A DNA stretch of 64,000 nt from Tubiluchus corallicola (lineage: Eukaryota > Animalia > Priapulida). The position numbers and the translations under genes are program-made. Under the pieces are notes generated by a model. That model was given only the letters and a program-made list of their open reading frames with translations, was not told the DNA's origin and ran no database searches. The number at the start of each line of letters is the position of its first letter. Position 1 is the stretch's first letter. The DNA lies in assembly GCA_030141605.1 (NCBI GenBank), contig JAQGDQ010000771.1:1-64000 (forward strand), in the 5' to 3' direction. Positions 48,130-61,719 of the stretch are shown in pieces.

Positions 48130-49869
48130 AGCTAAATTCTATAGCTAGTGTACAGCAAGTACAAGATAAGAACGTCACAATGTAAGTACTATAGCCAGTG
48201 TACAGCAAGGACATCACAATCTAAATACTATAGCTAGTGTACAGCAAGTACAACGCAAGAACGTCACAATGTAAATACTATAGCTAGTGTACAGCAAGGA
48301 CAATCACAAGAACGTCACAATGTAAATACTATAGCTACTGTACAGCAAGTACAACGCGAGAACATCACAATGTACATACTATAGCTAGTGTACAGCAAGT
48401 ACAACGCAAGAACGTCACAATGTAAATACTATAGCTACTGTACAGCAAGTACAACACAAGAACGTCACAATGTAAATACTATAGCTACTGTACAGCAAGT
48501 ACAACACAAGAACGTCACAATGTAAATACTATAGCTACTGTACAGCAAGTACAACACAAGAACGTCACAATGTAAATACTATAGCTAGTGTACAGCAAGT
48601 ACAACACAAGAACGTCACAATGTAATTACTATAGCTACTGTACAGCAAGTACAACACAAGAACGTCACAATGTAAATACTATAGCTAGTGTACAGCAAGT
48701 ACAACACAAGAACGTCACAATGTAATTACTATAGCTAGTGTACAGCAAGTACAACACAAGAACGTCACAATGTAAATACTATAGCTAGTGTACAGCAAGT
48801 ACAACACAAGAACGTCACAATGTAAATACTATAGCTAGTGTACAGCAAGTACAAGATAAGAACGTCACAATGTAAATACTATAGCTAGTGTACAGCAAGT
48901 ACAACACAAGAACGTCACAATGTAAATACTATAGCTAGTGTACAGCAAGTAAAACACAAGAACGTCACAATGTAATTACTATAGCTAGTGTACAGCAAGT
49001 ACAACACAAGAACGTCACAATCTAAATACTATAGCTAGTGTACAGCAAGGACAATCACAAGAACGTCACAATGTAAATACTATAGCTACTGTACAGCAAG
49101 TACAACGCGAGAACGTCACAATCTAAATACTATAGCTAGTGTACAGCAAGGACAATCACAAGAACGTCACAATGTACATACTATAGCTACTGTACAGCAA
49201 GTACAACACAAGAACGTCACAATGTACATACTATAGCTAGTGTACAGCAAGTACAATCACAAGAACGTCACAATGTAAATACTATAGCTAGTGTACAGCA
49301 AGTACAACACAAGAACGTCACAATGTAAATACTATAGCTAGTGTACAGCAAGTACAACACAAGAACGTCACAATGTAAATACTATAGCTAGTGTACAGCA
49401 AGTACAACGCAAGACGTCACAATGTAAATACTATAGCTAGTGTACAGCAAGTACAACACAAGAACGTCACAATGTAAATACTATAGCTAGTGTACAGCAA
49501 GTACAACGCAAGACGTCACAATGTAAATACTATAGCTAGTGTACAGCAAGTACAACGCAAGAACGTCACAATGTACATACTATAGCTAGTGTACAGCAAG
49601 TACAACGCAAGAACGTCACAATGTAAATACTATAGCTAGTGTACAGCAAGTACAACACAAGAACGTCACAATGTAGATACTATAGCTAGTGTACAGCAAG
49701 TACAATACAAAAAGGTCACAATATAAATACTATAGATAGTGTACAGCAAGTACAATACAAGAACGTCACAATGTAAATACTATAGCTAGTGTACAGCAAG
49801 TACAACGCAAGAACGTCACAATGTAAATACTATAGCCAGTGTACAGCAAGTAAAACACGAGAACGTCAC
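48130..49869. repeat. 50-bp minisatellite (~35 copies)
   Basis: Unit tacagcaagtacaacacaagaacgtcacaatgtaaatactatagctagtg. Confidence 0.97.
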
Positions 49870-50403
49870 TCTAACCCCATTTCAGTTCACATTAATCACA
49901 GTATAATTTTCCCATGACAGTACAAACTACTATAACGACGTGTACGCGTATTATGCTCATTATTTACAAAGATAAGATCAGCAAGCATTGTGTGTTGGAG
50001 AAAAACCGGATGAAAAACAGCCGCCATTATAGCTGTGCTTGATGAGGCTTGCAACTCGCAGAGGTAATACAAATGTACAGTAAATATCATCTCTCGCTGG
50101 TCTGATTACAAGTTTGATTTTCAAAAAATTTCTGCTTTACAAAATTACAGGGCGCGCGGGACGCTAGACGTCTGGGATGAGATGATTTTACGATAACCCT
50201 TTGACTCGACTAATGATTAATTGAACTGGCGAACTAACGATCAGAAATTTCATTTTACCCAGCAACGATGCGAAACAATTTTTCACTCACTATTAAGATT
50301 AATCATAAATATAACACGAAATGTTATCATTCGATTCGATTATCGACACTAAACTAATCAAATGCAAATTTTTGACTAGGTAGCAATTATTGTACGCAAA
50401 GGT

Positions 50404-50858
50404 AAAAGTTGATTAATTGCATTATTAACCCAAAGTGTTTTTATCATTTCATAACAATTTTGGCCTGTATTTCACATAAAATCTAAATGCAATTTTTAGT
50501 TTAATCAAGATTGACCTTATTTTGTTGCCCGCTAATTAAATTACATGCATATTCTTTTCTCTGGATTATATAGAAATGTCATAATTTTAAAAATTACTAA
50601 TGTTTCCTAAATTAAACTGATAACATTAATGCCCACCAGTATCTAAAAAATCTTTTCATCTATATTCGGTAAAGGATAGCAGACTAGGTGACTTTATAGT
50701 CTTTTCGCTATCCTTTCTCTAGTTCTAGATCTATCTATTCATTTTAACCAATCTTGAAAACTTATTAGAGATTCTTTTATTAATCATGTTTTATTGTAAC
50801 ACTATAAAGAGATAAATAAATTGAAATTGAATTGAAAAAAATTGAAATGAATTGAATT
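50404..50858 (+). repeat. Retroposon-like 3' fragment, copy A, with stem-loop and (ATTGA)n tail
   Basis: Highly similar to 51925-52345; AATAAA followed by ATTGA repeats. Confidence 0.75.
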
Positions 50859-50895
50859 GCAAGTCACTCATTTGTAAGTTGCTCAATCAGTGGGC

Positions 50896-50937
<42 letters not shown>

Positions 50938-51924
50938 GACGTCAGTTTCTGAAATTTAAATACCGAAACGGTAGTTGAGCGTACGCACACTAGTTACACT
51001 AAACTGTGCAGTAAACCACCATGATAAATTAGACTTGATTAATTCACAAAAGATCACAGCACAATGTGAACTTTATTTTTACATCATCAGCATCACCATA
51101 CGCCCATTACGTCACCTGTAGACATTTGGGCAGGCAAAATTCTAATAAAAAGAAATCTGCTCTCAAGACAGGCAAACACAGCAGTAATTCAGGAAAAAAC
51201 TAGACACTGCTTTGAAAGTAGCTTATCAGCACCACTTCCGAGCTTTTATTTATGCAGTTCAATTCAAACTTTATACCAAAATGCAACATAAAAGCGAGAG
51301 GGGGTATTTATACAACGTCTCACTGCAATAAGCTCATACATCCACGCTAAAAACAGAAACATTTTAAAAATCAGAAAAAAAACAAGTACAAACTTCCTCA
51401 ACCCACAAGTCTACAATAAAGTTATTCGCAATCACTTGCAAAGTGCCGACAAATTAACTTTAGTCAACTACGTACCAACCGGGTGTTTATTTTCACACCT
51501 GTAATTACTTACTCGACAAGTGGTCTTACGGGAAGCGGGATCTACAGGAAGTCGATCTGCATCCGGGATTTGTTTCGGCACCGATAAGGCAAAGCAAGGC
51601 TCGTTCACATTACGAGTGTTTAGACACTGATTTTAAACGCACTTACGATCTTCTGAAAACAAAATCGCACGCGAAGATGAGTGTCAGCAGCAAGGCAGAC
51701 AGCAGTGTTGCTACAGGGCGTACAGATTACAACTGGACGGAGCAGCGTATTCCCAGTAAGTTGAACAAACTACGCAGTTCCAAAAGCCTCGAGGCAAATC
51801 GACTAAAGATTCTGCACATAGTGACCATTGTTAAACCGCTGAAGACCAAAGCTTACTACTATTGGTTACACAAAGGATGTTACAGCCATATTAACAATGA
51901 AAATATTGCTTGAAATCAACAATG

Positions 51925-52345
51925 AAAAGTTGATTAATTGCATTATTAACCCAAAGTGTTTTTATCATTTCATAACAATTTTGGCACATAAAATCTAAAT
52001 GCTATTTTTAGTTTAATCAAGATTGACCTTATTTTGTTGCCCGCTAATTAAAGTACGTGTATTTCTTTACTCAGGATTACTTAATTACTTTATATAGCAA
52101 ATGTCATAATTTTAAAATTATTAATGTTTCCTAAATTAAACTGATAACATTAATGCCCACCAGTGTCTAAAAAATCTTTTTATCTATATTCGGTAAGGAT
52201 AGCAGACTTAGTGACTTTATAGTCTTTTCGCTATCCTTTCTCTAGTTCTAGATCTATCCATACATTTAACCATTCTTCAAAACTTATTAGTGATTCTTTT
52301 ATTAATCATGTTTTATTGTAGTATTATAAAGAGATAAATAAATTA
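51925..52345 (+). repeat. Retroposon-like 3' fragment, copy A'
   Basis: Direct repeat of 50404-50822 with the same 5' boundary. Confidence 0.75.
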
Positions 52346-55300
52346 AAATAGAGTTGAAAAGATTTATCGTCAGTTGCAATACAGGTTGATGAAAGCAGAT
52401 GTTCTCTGGTAAACACAGGATGACATTATGCGTGATAACAAATCACTTGCAATATGAATTCGCATGACTTACAAATTAAAATGTTGTAATGTCTCAGTCC
52501 CAGGACAAAAGGTTTTTAATACATCAGTCATTTAGCAACACAATTCGCTGCAAACTTTAAAAGATTAGAGGATCACGAAGAGCACCCATATTACCACTTC
52601 CTGAAACGCCGTCAGTTTCAAACGGAAATGGTGCTGACAAGCCACTGGCGTAGCAGTGTCTAGTTTTTTGCTGGATTACTGCTGCGTTTACCTGTCTTGA
52701 GAGCAGATTTCTGTTTTAAAATTCTGCCTGCCCAATGTTTACAATTGACGTAACGGGCTTATGATGATGATGATGGTGATGATGATGATGATAACGATGA
52801 TGATTTTAATAACATTTGATAGGTGAAACTTTATGTGGTTGTAAACAAGTAATTGGAAGTTAGAAAGGTATTTCAATTGCGATATTTTAATTGAGTTTAA
52901 AATGAAGTTAAATAATTCAAGACACTTAAATTCATTCCATCACTACGATAGCCTTGTGCAATTATTCTTACTGCTGCAGCCTGATCATTGCTGCATCCTA
53001 ATAAACTTGTGATTGTCGACAAAAACGTCATGGTTATTTAAAGATACCAGTTAAAAAAGTTTTAATATGGATTTTAGTGCATATCAGTAGCTTAGGTCTA
53101 CTAAGTGTTTTTTATCTCCTGTCTCTTGTTATGTAACTTTGAGGTAAGATAAACTAAAATAATTTATATGTATCCAGATTCTTCTCTTAAAACTATATGT
53201 AACATCACGTTGCTAAATACATCACGCTTAATTTGTTTTAGTGTTGAGCACCATACGGCCGCAAGGCAGAGAGTTCATTCTAAATTTTACATTAAAGAGA
53301 AAACATTGATGATTTTAATAGTCTTGATAATCACCTCAGCATGCTGTCATCTATTATATTAATATTCTTGGTATATATATTTATATATATATAAGATTCG
53401 AGGCTACAGCCCGGACGAGGGCACCATTTGTGACGATCTATACATCAAACGAAAGGTCTCGTTCTAGTGTCGTCTCATTGATGGTTTATTTTTCGAATCG
53501 GGCCCACCGGAAGGAACGGGGGGCAAAAAACCTCCAAAATGGCCATTTTTCGGCCGTTTTTTGCAAAAGTTATACGGCTGAGATGTAGAGAACGGGAACG
53601 GGCCGAGGGTGGCGCTGGGTATGGATCTGGCATTAAACTTGTGCATGTACCCGATTCCAAACTATAATGAATATCGGGACTGAAACGACTAAATGTGATC
53701 ACGTTCTAATAACAAAAACTATCGCTTATGCGGAAAGACAGTTATTAACCACATGCTATCATGTCCTTAGCGCAAATAATTTTTATGCTTTTTGCTCTAT
53801 AAAACAATTGCACATATGTAAACACTCCACACTATCATTAATGACAGTAACCTCTGCTTCGTGTAACCTATAAAACAACCGGGAACAAAGGGTTAATAGG
53901 ACCAATGTTATCAGTTGAACTCAGCATGGCCCGATTCTATGCCACATATAAATTCTTGGCAAATATAACGTTACTAAATAAATATTTAAAACGGTAATTT
54001 TAGCATCATAACGGCTTACATCACAATACAAACAGTAAACAATATGTGTTTATTTCTCCGCTGCACACGATGAGTTCTCTGAAGTGGCAACGTATCACGT
54101 TTAAAGCTCACAAGTGTACCCAGACGATGTTTTTGTGAAAGGGTTACTGAAAGGGTTTATGGGAAAGTTTCATACCCTACTCCACATAGGTCAAACTTGG
54201 ACATTCTGGTTGTCCAGTTTTATCGTCCTTCGCAGGAATGGTCTGCTCTCTTGATTTATCATTTAATTTTGAACAAATGTATATTCTTATTTTTCATTTT
54301 GTATAATTGTCTCTTTATTTTCATTTTCATTATGTCATCAACTTTCACCCATCATTATTCATTCTCATCCTCACTTGTTCACATCCTTTCCTTTCATTTT
54401 TATTCAAACGTAAATAGGCCGGTTACTCGAAATTTCACAGTCAGGGCATTTTCATAAACTTGGCTTCCTTAATACCCTGCAACACAAATCATTTAAATTG
54501 GGCCGTCTAATCATTTTTTCTCAAGATTTGCTTCTTACTGGGTATCTTAGTGTTTGCTAACCACTGAATTATTGTTTGTTTTTTAATGTATTTATTTATT
54601 GTATTTGTGTGACGTAACACAAACAATCTTGAATCTTGAATAATCTAAACTTCTGACGAGTAACACCAAAATGTGAAATGAAAACATATATGAAAAGAGT
54701 AAAGTGCTATCTTATGATAGTAGTCTATGAAAGAAAACATTGAAAATAAAATAAAGTTGTGAAAGAAAATAAACTTGACAATGACAACAGAGAAAACTGG
54801 CATTATTTGGGCCCTTTCCTTCCATACTAACTACAACCTCCGTGAAGACTTGTGGGTGGTACAAAATACTATCCGTACAACAATGGTTACTCATAAACCC
54901 TAGCCAAAGTTAAGAATCCACTCTGCAAGAGACCTTCTGTTCAGAATGTCTGGTCCTCCCACTCCCAAGCCCATTATCAAATTCACTGAAAAGCCACGAA
55001 CAAGTTAGAAGCGTTAAATGCACATCCGGTCATTTGCATTCACAGCTAATAAGCAGGTAAACTAAGGTAAGACGTTCCTTGCGACGTCTGAAGGAGGAGA
55101 AAAGACTCGACTGTCAAACAACCACAAGATTGACAACTTCAACTTGGGACGCACTAGTTCAGCTAAGAACAGCAAATCTATTCTGAATTAAGGGCTACCA
55201 CCCAAGTGTGATTATTAATCCAAGAATGCAAACTTTTGAGCATCCTAGCAACTGAATCCTTTAGTCTAATAAAAGATTCAAATGGCGAAGACGGATAAAA

Positions 55301-55825
55301 TCAGCAAATTTTCTGAAAAAAATCGTTTTTCCCACAGGCAGCAAAACATTCGATAGTCAGTAAAATGGTTATTCGATAGCAGCAGAATTTACCAACTACT
55401 TAACGCTAACAGACTCACACTGTCACAAGCAGGTATAAAACACAGTTCTCACAATAACGTTCAAAGCAATGAATAGTTTTACGCACAACCTCCCCCCGGG
55501 TAGGCAGCCATTTTGCACAGACACGCTGGAAATTGAATACCTGTCCATAAATGGGAAAACAATGAGTTGCTGCTACCCCCGGGGGCAGGATAGGAAATCG
55601 TCATTGGATGTGACAAGGGAAATCGCACGCTGAAATTTTAATTAACAACAGCGTGTCCGCAACAGAATTTGATGTGCAAAAACTTGCAATGGTCGACTTA
55701 CATAATGAGCAGCTGTTAATAAGTTCCTTGATCTATGTCTGTCTCCCAAACATACAAAAGGCAAGGTGCCAGAACTACATGGCTGAAGTTTAAAAACAAA
55801 TGTTGAAGCTAAAACAAGTAACGTT

Positions 55826-56080
55826 CACACAAACCGCACTAAAAAGAGAGACATATGCACAAACTGCACTAAAACGAGAGACATATGCACAAACCGCACT
55901 AAAACGAGAAATATATGCACAAACTGCACTAAAACGAGAGACATATGCACAAACCGCACTAAAACGAGAAATATATGCACAAACTGCACTAAAACGAGAA
56001 ATATATGCACAAACCGCACTAAAACGAGAAATATATGCACAAACTGCACTAAAACAAGAAATATGTGCACAAACCGCACA
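55826..56080. repeat. 30-bp minisatellite (~8.5 copies)
   Basis: Unit gcacaaac(c/t)gcactaaaacgagaaatatat. Confidence 0.95.
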
Positions 56081-58724
56081 CCTCATTGAAGGCGTATGTA
56101 TGTTACAGTGTCTGTCTCTCAAACTTACAAAACACAAGGTGCCACAGCTACATGGCTGAAGTTTTCTAAGAGAATGACCTGATTTATATCAAATGATTAA
56201 ATACAAAAATTGTCTGTAAACAAAGATTCACTTAATACAATTCAATTCATTTATTAACTCCTCAAGAATTAACAAAATACAGTATTAGGAATACATGCAA
56301 TTATGTAACAAAGGAGAAGGGCAGCGAAGAACCCGGAGGTTATCTAGTCAGCCAACCTTAAATAGCAACGATTAAGTAAAATTAATTTTGGCACCGTTTT
56401 CAATTTAAATTTGAATTCTGTTGACGATGCTGTAACGATGTTAAAAACTAACCCAGCATGCTTTCTTTTCTGTTCAATGGATGGTGCCACATGCATTGCA
56501 CAACATTGAAACTACTACGAATACTATGAATTGAGAAAGTGATGTTGGATTACGTTTATAAATAATAATTCAACTTTTCAATAGTCTTACAGCTGAAGTA
56601 TTCCATATTAATTACCAGCACAGATACAGTCATAATATTGTACAGTCAGGCATGATTTAAAATAATACAGAACCTTTAGTATTTCACACAAGGTTTACAG
56701 TACTTACTAAAATATAAAAATAATTCAAAAAAGATTTCTCTCTTGCTGTGACAGAAAGACCTGCAAGAGAAGTTTGCAAATTTCACGCTAAGCCACCATT
56801 TTATTACTTCTCAACAATTTCACTGCTGGTTATGACTAATGAGTCAACCAGACACTCATCCAGCTGCAGTTCAACATTTACTTGATTAAATTCACAATGT
56901 TATTGTTATAACGTTTATTAGTCATGAGTGATGTACATGAGGTATGTATCCAAAGTTGTCTGTTATTTGTAAATGCACATACATCTAAATAAAATCTTGT
57001 TTATTTAAGCCACGTTCGTTACAGCAAAACTGGAGACAATTAAATATTCTTTTTCAATCGGTATCTTCAATCAATTATACTCAATTTTTGTACTTAACAG
57101 GTATATGTTAGTGAATATTGCTAATAATTGTAATTTCATACGTCACACGGTGCACAGCTATTAACATTTATGCACTTTAGAGAAGGGTGGCTTCACCGAG
57201 ACTGCCTGTAGTTATAAAGTCACCCTCACACATCATCGTTATCGCTGTACATTATACGTTTTCATTTACATATGTTCTTATATCTTATTCTTACTTTCCT
57301 CGACATTTACAACACAGAATTAGTGTAAACGGACGTAAACATTCAGTGTAGAACAAACACCTCCAATATACTGCTTCTTTACGATAAGTACAAGTTGTAT
57401 TTAAAGAGCATAAACTATACTTTAAATGGGAACAAATTGCACTCAGTGCAAGCATATAAGGACACGCATATATTTATTATTATTGTTATTATTATCGTTA
57501 TTTTAAATTTATTTCATACATTTAAAGTACATAGCATTACATATAACTTTAAAAAATTGAAAGAACACTCAACTCTACTATAAAATTACGATAGAAACTA
57601 ATAACATACTTACATATATACACACCCAGACATAAAACATAAAATAGATCACTAAAAAATACAATATACAGAGGCATAAAACCCAACAGAGGTCACCTTT
57701 AAAATGGTAAAAGACGTTGATTTTATAATGCAAAACATAACGCAGCCCAGTTCTTACACGTATAATGCAAATTTTACGATGACAAACGCATTTCCTACCT
57801 GGAAAATTATTCCAAATCCATGGAAGCCTAGCCTCCTTTGTTTTCAAAGCTTTCTCAGGTTAACATTAACTGAGTCGAACAGTCAATACAAAGTGTCGGG
57901 CAAATGTAGCAAAATCGTTTACGTTCAACACAAAGACTATTCCGTAATAAAATCCTAAGCCGGCGTAACTTGCTACGACTAGCCACCACGGCACCCAGCT
58001 CTACACTGTAAATGGATTAAACATGCAGAGAGAAACGCCCGAGTGCGCAAGCTTGCAAGCTCGACATCACGAAAGAGGGAAGTGCGCCTCCGAGAGCGAG
58101 TGATGTACACATTCACAATGCTGATAAACGACGCCTGAATATTAATTAAATGCAAGTTAATTCTAAACTTCGCTATTTTACTTCGTTTTAATAAATGGAA
58201 AACTTTGTCAGATTTTCCCACGAAAGTTCATTCGATTCAATTTTATTTTCTCAATAGCAGTTAAAATTCGACATAATTATTTTTACATTTCATTGCAACT
58301 GAGAAGGAGCGGCGAAAGACCTATTGGTCACTTGGTCAGCTGCCTCTTATTAAAAATACAAGTTAAGAACACACGTGAAACCAATAGACAAAAGCAAAAC
58401 TACTATTAGATCTGCTATGCGGGTAAAAGAATAATGGACACTATAAAATGCGTACCAAATTTTAAAACTTCGTCTCGGGCACTGTCATTTTCTCTGTAAT
58501 TTTAGACTTCTGTATAAATATTGCTACAGTACAGGTTGCGTAACTTTTCCCTTTCAGACACCATATAATACGTGTGTTCCACATATTTCTTTCAACATAC
58601 CAAGGGAAAATTTAAAATTTGGCACTAACATTGCGATGTTGTGTAAAACGAAAGCACAACAACGTGCGTAACTTCACCTCTGAATGACCTACAGTTCGGA
58701 GATACGGTACAATAGTACAGTGCT

Positions 58725-58850
58725 AGAATTATACATACATAATAGTAGTGACGGAGTACAACTATACATACATAATAGTAGTGACGGAGTAGAATTATAC
58801 ATACATAATAGTAGTGACGGAGTACAATTATATATACATTATAGTAGTGA
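58725..58850. repeat. ~35-bp tandem repeat (3-4 copies)
   Basis: tatacatacataatagtagtgacggagta... Confidence 0.85.
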
Positions 58851-59142
58851 GTGACTGAGCGGTACATTTGCTTCTAACCGGAATGACTCCTAAATGTAAT
58901 TCAAATCCCTTAGCTGTGTTATCAACACCCATGATCGGAACACTAGCTAAAATCTTTTTAACATTGTTATTTTTACAACCACTAGAATCGGACAGTGGGT
59001 TATAACACGCAAAAAGGTCACAATTCATTTTAGGTAGGCCTGGGTTATTTGTTCGTTCATTCATGTACCTTTTCCCTTGGACTTTTCCTGTGACTTTTTT
59101 ACGTATGACTTTTTTACCTGGATTCACTAACACTATCCAACA

Positions 59143-59201
59143 ATCTATCTATCTATCTATATATATATATATATGCGCACGCGTGTGTGTGTGCGTGCAT
59201 G

Positions 59202-59297
<96 letters not shown>
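59143..59297. repeat. Compound microsatellite (TCTA)n(TA)n(GT)n
   Basis: Direct inspection. Confidence 0.97.
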
Positions 59298-59300
<3 letters not shown>

Positions 59301-60683
59301 AATCTTATCATTGTAACTCACATATAGTTAGTTGCAAGCACGTTGGGTCATGAACATAAGATATAGGTCAGTTATAAAAGTGTCCTGGCTGCACTTTATT
59401 ATCCTAACAGAAAGACAAGACAATATCATTTAATATCATTACTATATAATAACTTGTCTAACATTAATATTGCCTAAAATCGTGGACGGGCAACAGTAGT
59501 AAAAATGTGGGTCATTTTAACGCGAAATCGCTAATTATTCCTGACTAACTTCTTTGCCTTACCAAAACAAAATGCAAATGGCAATTCACTACTGCACATC
59601 AATTTAGACAAACGCGTTATAAATGATTGTAAATATTATATACTTTAACAGCCATCAGATTCAATCCTGCAACTTTCGACCAACAATTTAACCTTCGGAG
59701 TGCATTCACCTACCTTTAAAGTTTACCTGCTCTAACCGCAGCCACACAGCTGACAGGTAGCAATCAAGAAAGAATCCAAACACAGTCTTTGACAGGACAG
59801 TTATTATTCGAAATTTGATTTTGCCTTAAGCAGTTTCCAATTTATTATCATGTAAAAAGTCCTGATTTCTTAACGCAAGTTCTCTTTGCAAACTATGCTG
59901 CGGTATACTCACTTCAAACTATGGATCTATGGATACTACACAAATGTAAGCATTGCTCTATTAGCAATTCGGGAGTTTGGGTAGTTTCACCTTGGCTTGC
60001 CACTAAGCTATAGTCTATGATAATTTCTTCCAAAGCAATTTGACTCTAAAATGCAATTGGCAAATTGCATTAAACCACTAAAAAGCCACTGATTTAACTT
60101 TTACACAGGCACAAAGCTACGTCAAGCAACTACAGATGGTATAAAACATAAATAAGACCACTTCTGCTTGATCATATACGTTGAGCGTGGTAAAACGTTG
60201 GGCGATGTGCCTGTTACTGCATGCGGGCGCCATCTCTTAGCAACTAAGATAATAAAACCAATTATATCAGCCGACTTCCTTCAACAGGTAGCTATTACAG
60301 GTTCTAGTGTATGGAGTACTCTTAGCCAATTCAGAGGGGAAATTATCAATGATTTAAAGCAAAAGCCAAGTCTCTTAGGAAGTTACAGCAACAAAACTGT
60401 AATAAGCACTTCAGTTAATTAGTAAAATCAATTTAAAGTGGTGATCACTTCACACTTGGGAGTGCTAATTGTGAATGAAAAATGGACCGTGCAATATAAA
60501 CACTCATCCCGCCAGGTGTGTGAGCAAACTTCTTTTGCAGTTATGGTTACTACTGTCAACTATAAACAATCCAAAATGTTAAACGAAAGATAATTAATAT
60601 TATTTTTTGCTTTGTATGAATCCTGTTACCCAACTCATTGTGTGGCATTTTCACATTTTTAGGTATAATCTTGTGGTCTAAAG

Positions 60684-61146
60684 CAGGGGTGTGCAAATTG
60701 CAGCCCGCCAAGAGAATTTGTCAACCTAGTGAAAATGCGGCCCGGGTGATTAATTGAGTGCATCCAGCTGATGTCCATGCCACGATCCCAAAGATAGTGC
60801 GGGTAGTTTTTTTCTACTAGATCGGATGCCATTAACCCTTACAAGACGGTTGTAGCTTAATGTTACTGTACTACACAGACTGTGTGATACACATTACTAA
60901 TATGCATTGTAATGAAATTACCACTATCTGTCCTGAAAGTAGAAATATATGGTTTGTAATATAAATTTTAATAACTTCTAAAATAGTTTCTTGGGTGTAG
61001 TAGTAATGATGTACGCAGGTCGGATGCAAAAAAAATCGTTATTAGGCCTTTCTGTACTTGGCTCCTTGATCAAACTGCCTGTGGCCCACAGGAATTGCGG
61101 GAAAGTTTAATGTGGCCCGGCGAGTCAGATAATTTGCACACCCCTG
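60684..61146. mobile_element. hAT (Charlie-like) MITE, copy 2
   Basis: Perfect TIRs CAGGGGTGTGCAAATT / AATTTGCACACCCCTG; perfect TSD GTCTAAAG. Confidence 0.93.
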
Positions 61147-61489
61147 GTCTAAAGGTATGTAAGCAATTTAAAGTTACTGCTAATTTTTGCATTATCACGT
61201 TTTCACTCAGCTAAACACAAACATTTAATCAGCTAGAATGACAAAATTTCAAAGTGAATTGCAGAAGTTTTGTAATACATGCCTTTGTGCTGTCCAGCAG
61301 CTTACATCATTTTTTCAAATATGCCTGCAGTAAGCTTCATTTAGCGAGAGAGAAGAATGATTTAAATTCGTCTGCATTGCATATATTATGTATTAATTTC
61401 AACATTTTTAAGTGTACATTAAAATACTAAAATATAATGACTGTTGTGTGAGGGTTGGTTTTTCCTTTCAAATAGTAGTTTTGTGTGTG

Positions 61490-61719
61490 TCATGAATGCA
61501 TTTTGTGTGTTATTGTGTAAAATAGCAGTTATAGAACAACTAGTCTGATCTGTATGTATCATGAATGCATTTGGTGTATCATTGTGTAAAATAGCAGTTA
61601 TAGAACAACTAGTCTGATCTGTATGTATCATGAATGCATTTTGTGTATCATTGTGTAAAATAGCAGTTATAGAATAACCAGTCTGATCCGTATGTGTCAT
61701 GTATGCATTTGGTGTATCA
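61490..61719. repeat. 69-bp tandem repeat (~3.3 copies)
   Basis: tcatgaatgcatt...attgtgtaaaatagcagttatagaa repeated. Confidence 0.92.

Noticed and set aside
1692-49869. CRISPR-like appearance of the arrays
   Set aside because: Units are head-to-tail with no unique spacers, there are no cas genes, and the context is eukaryotic.
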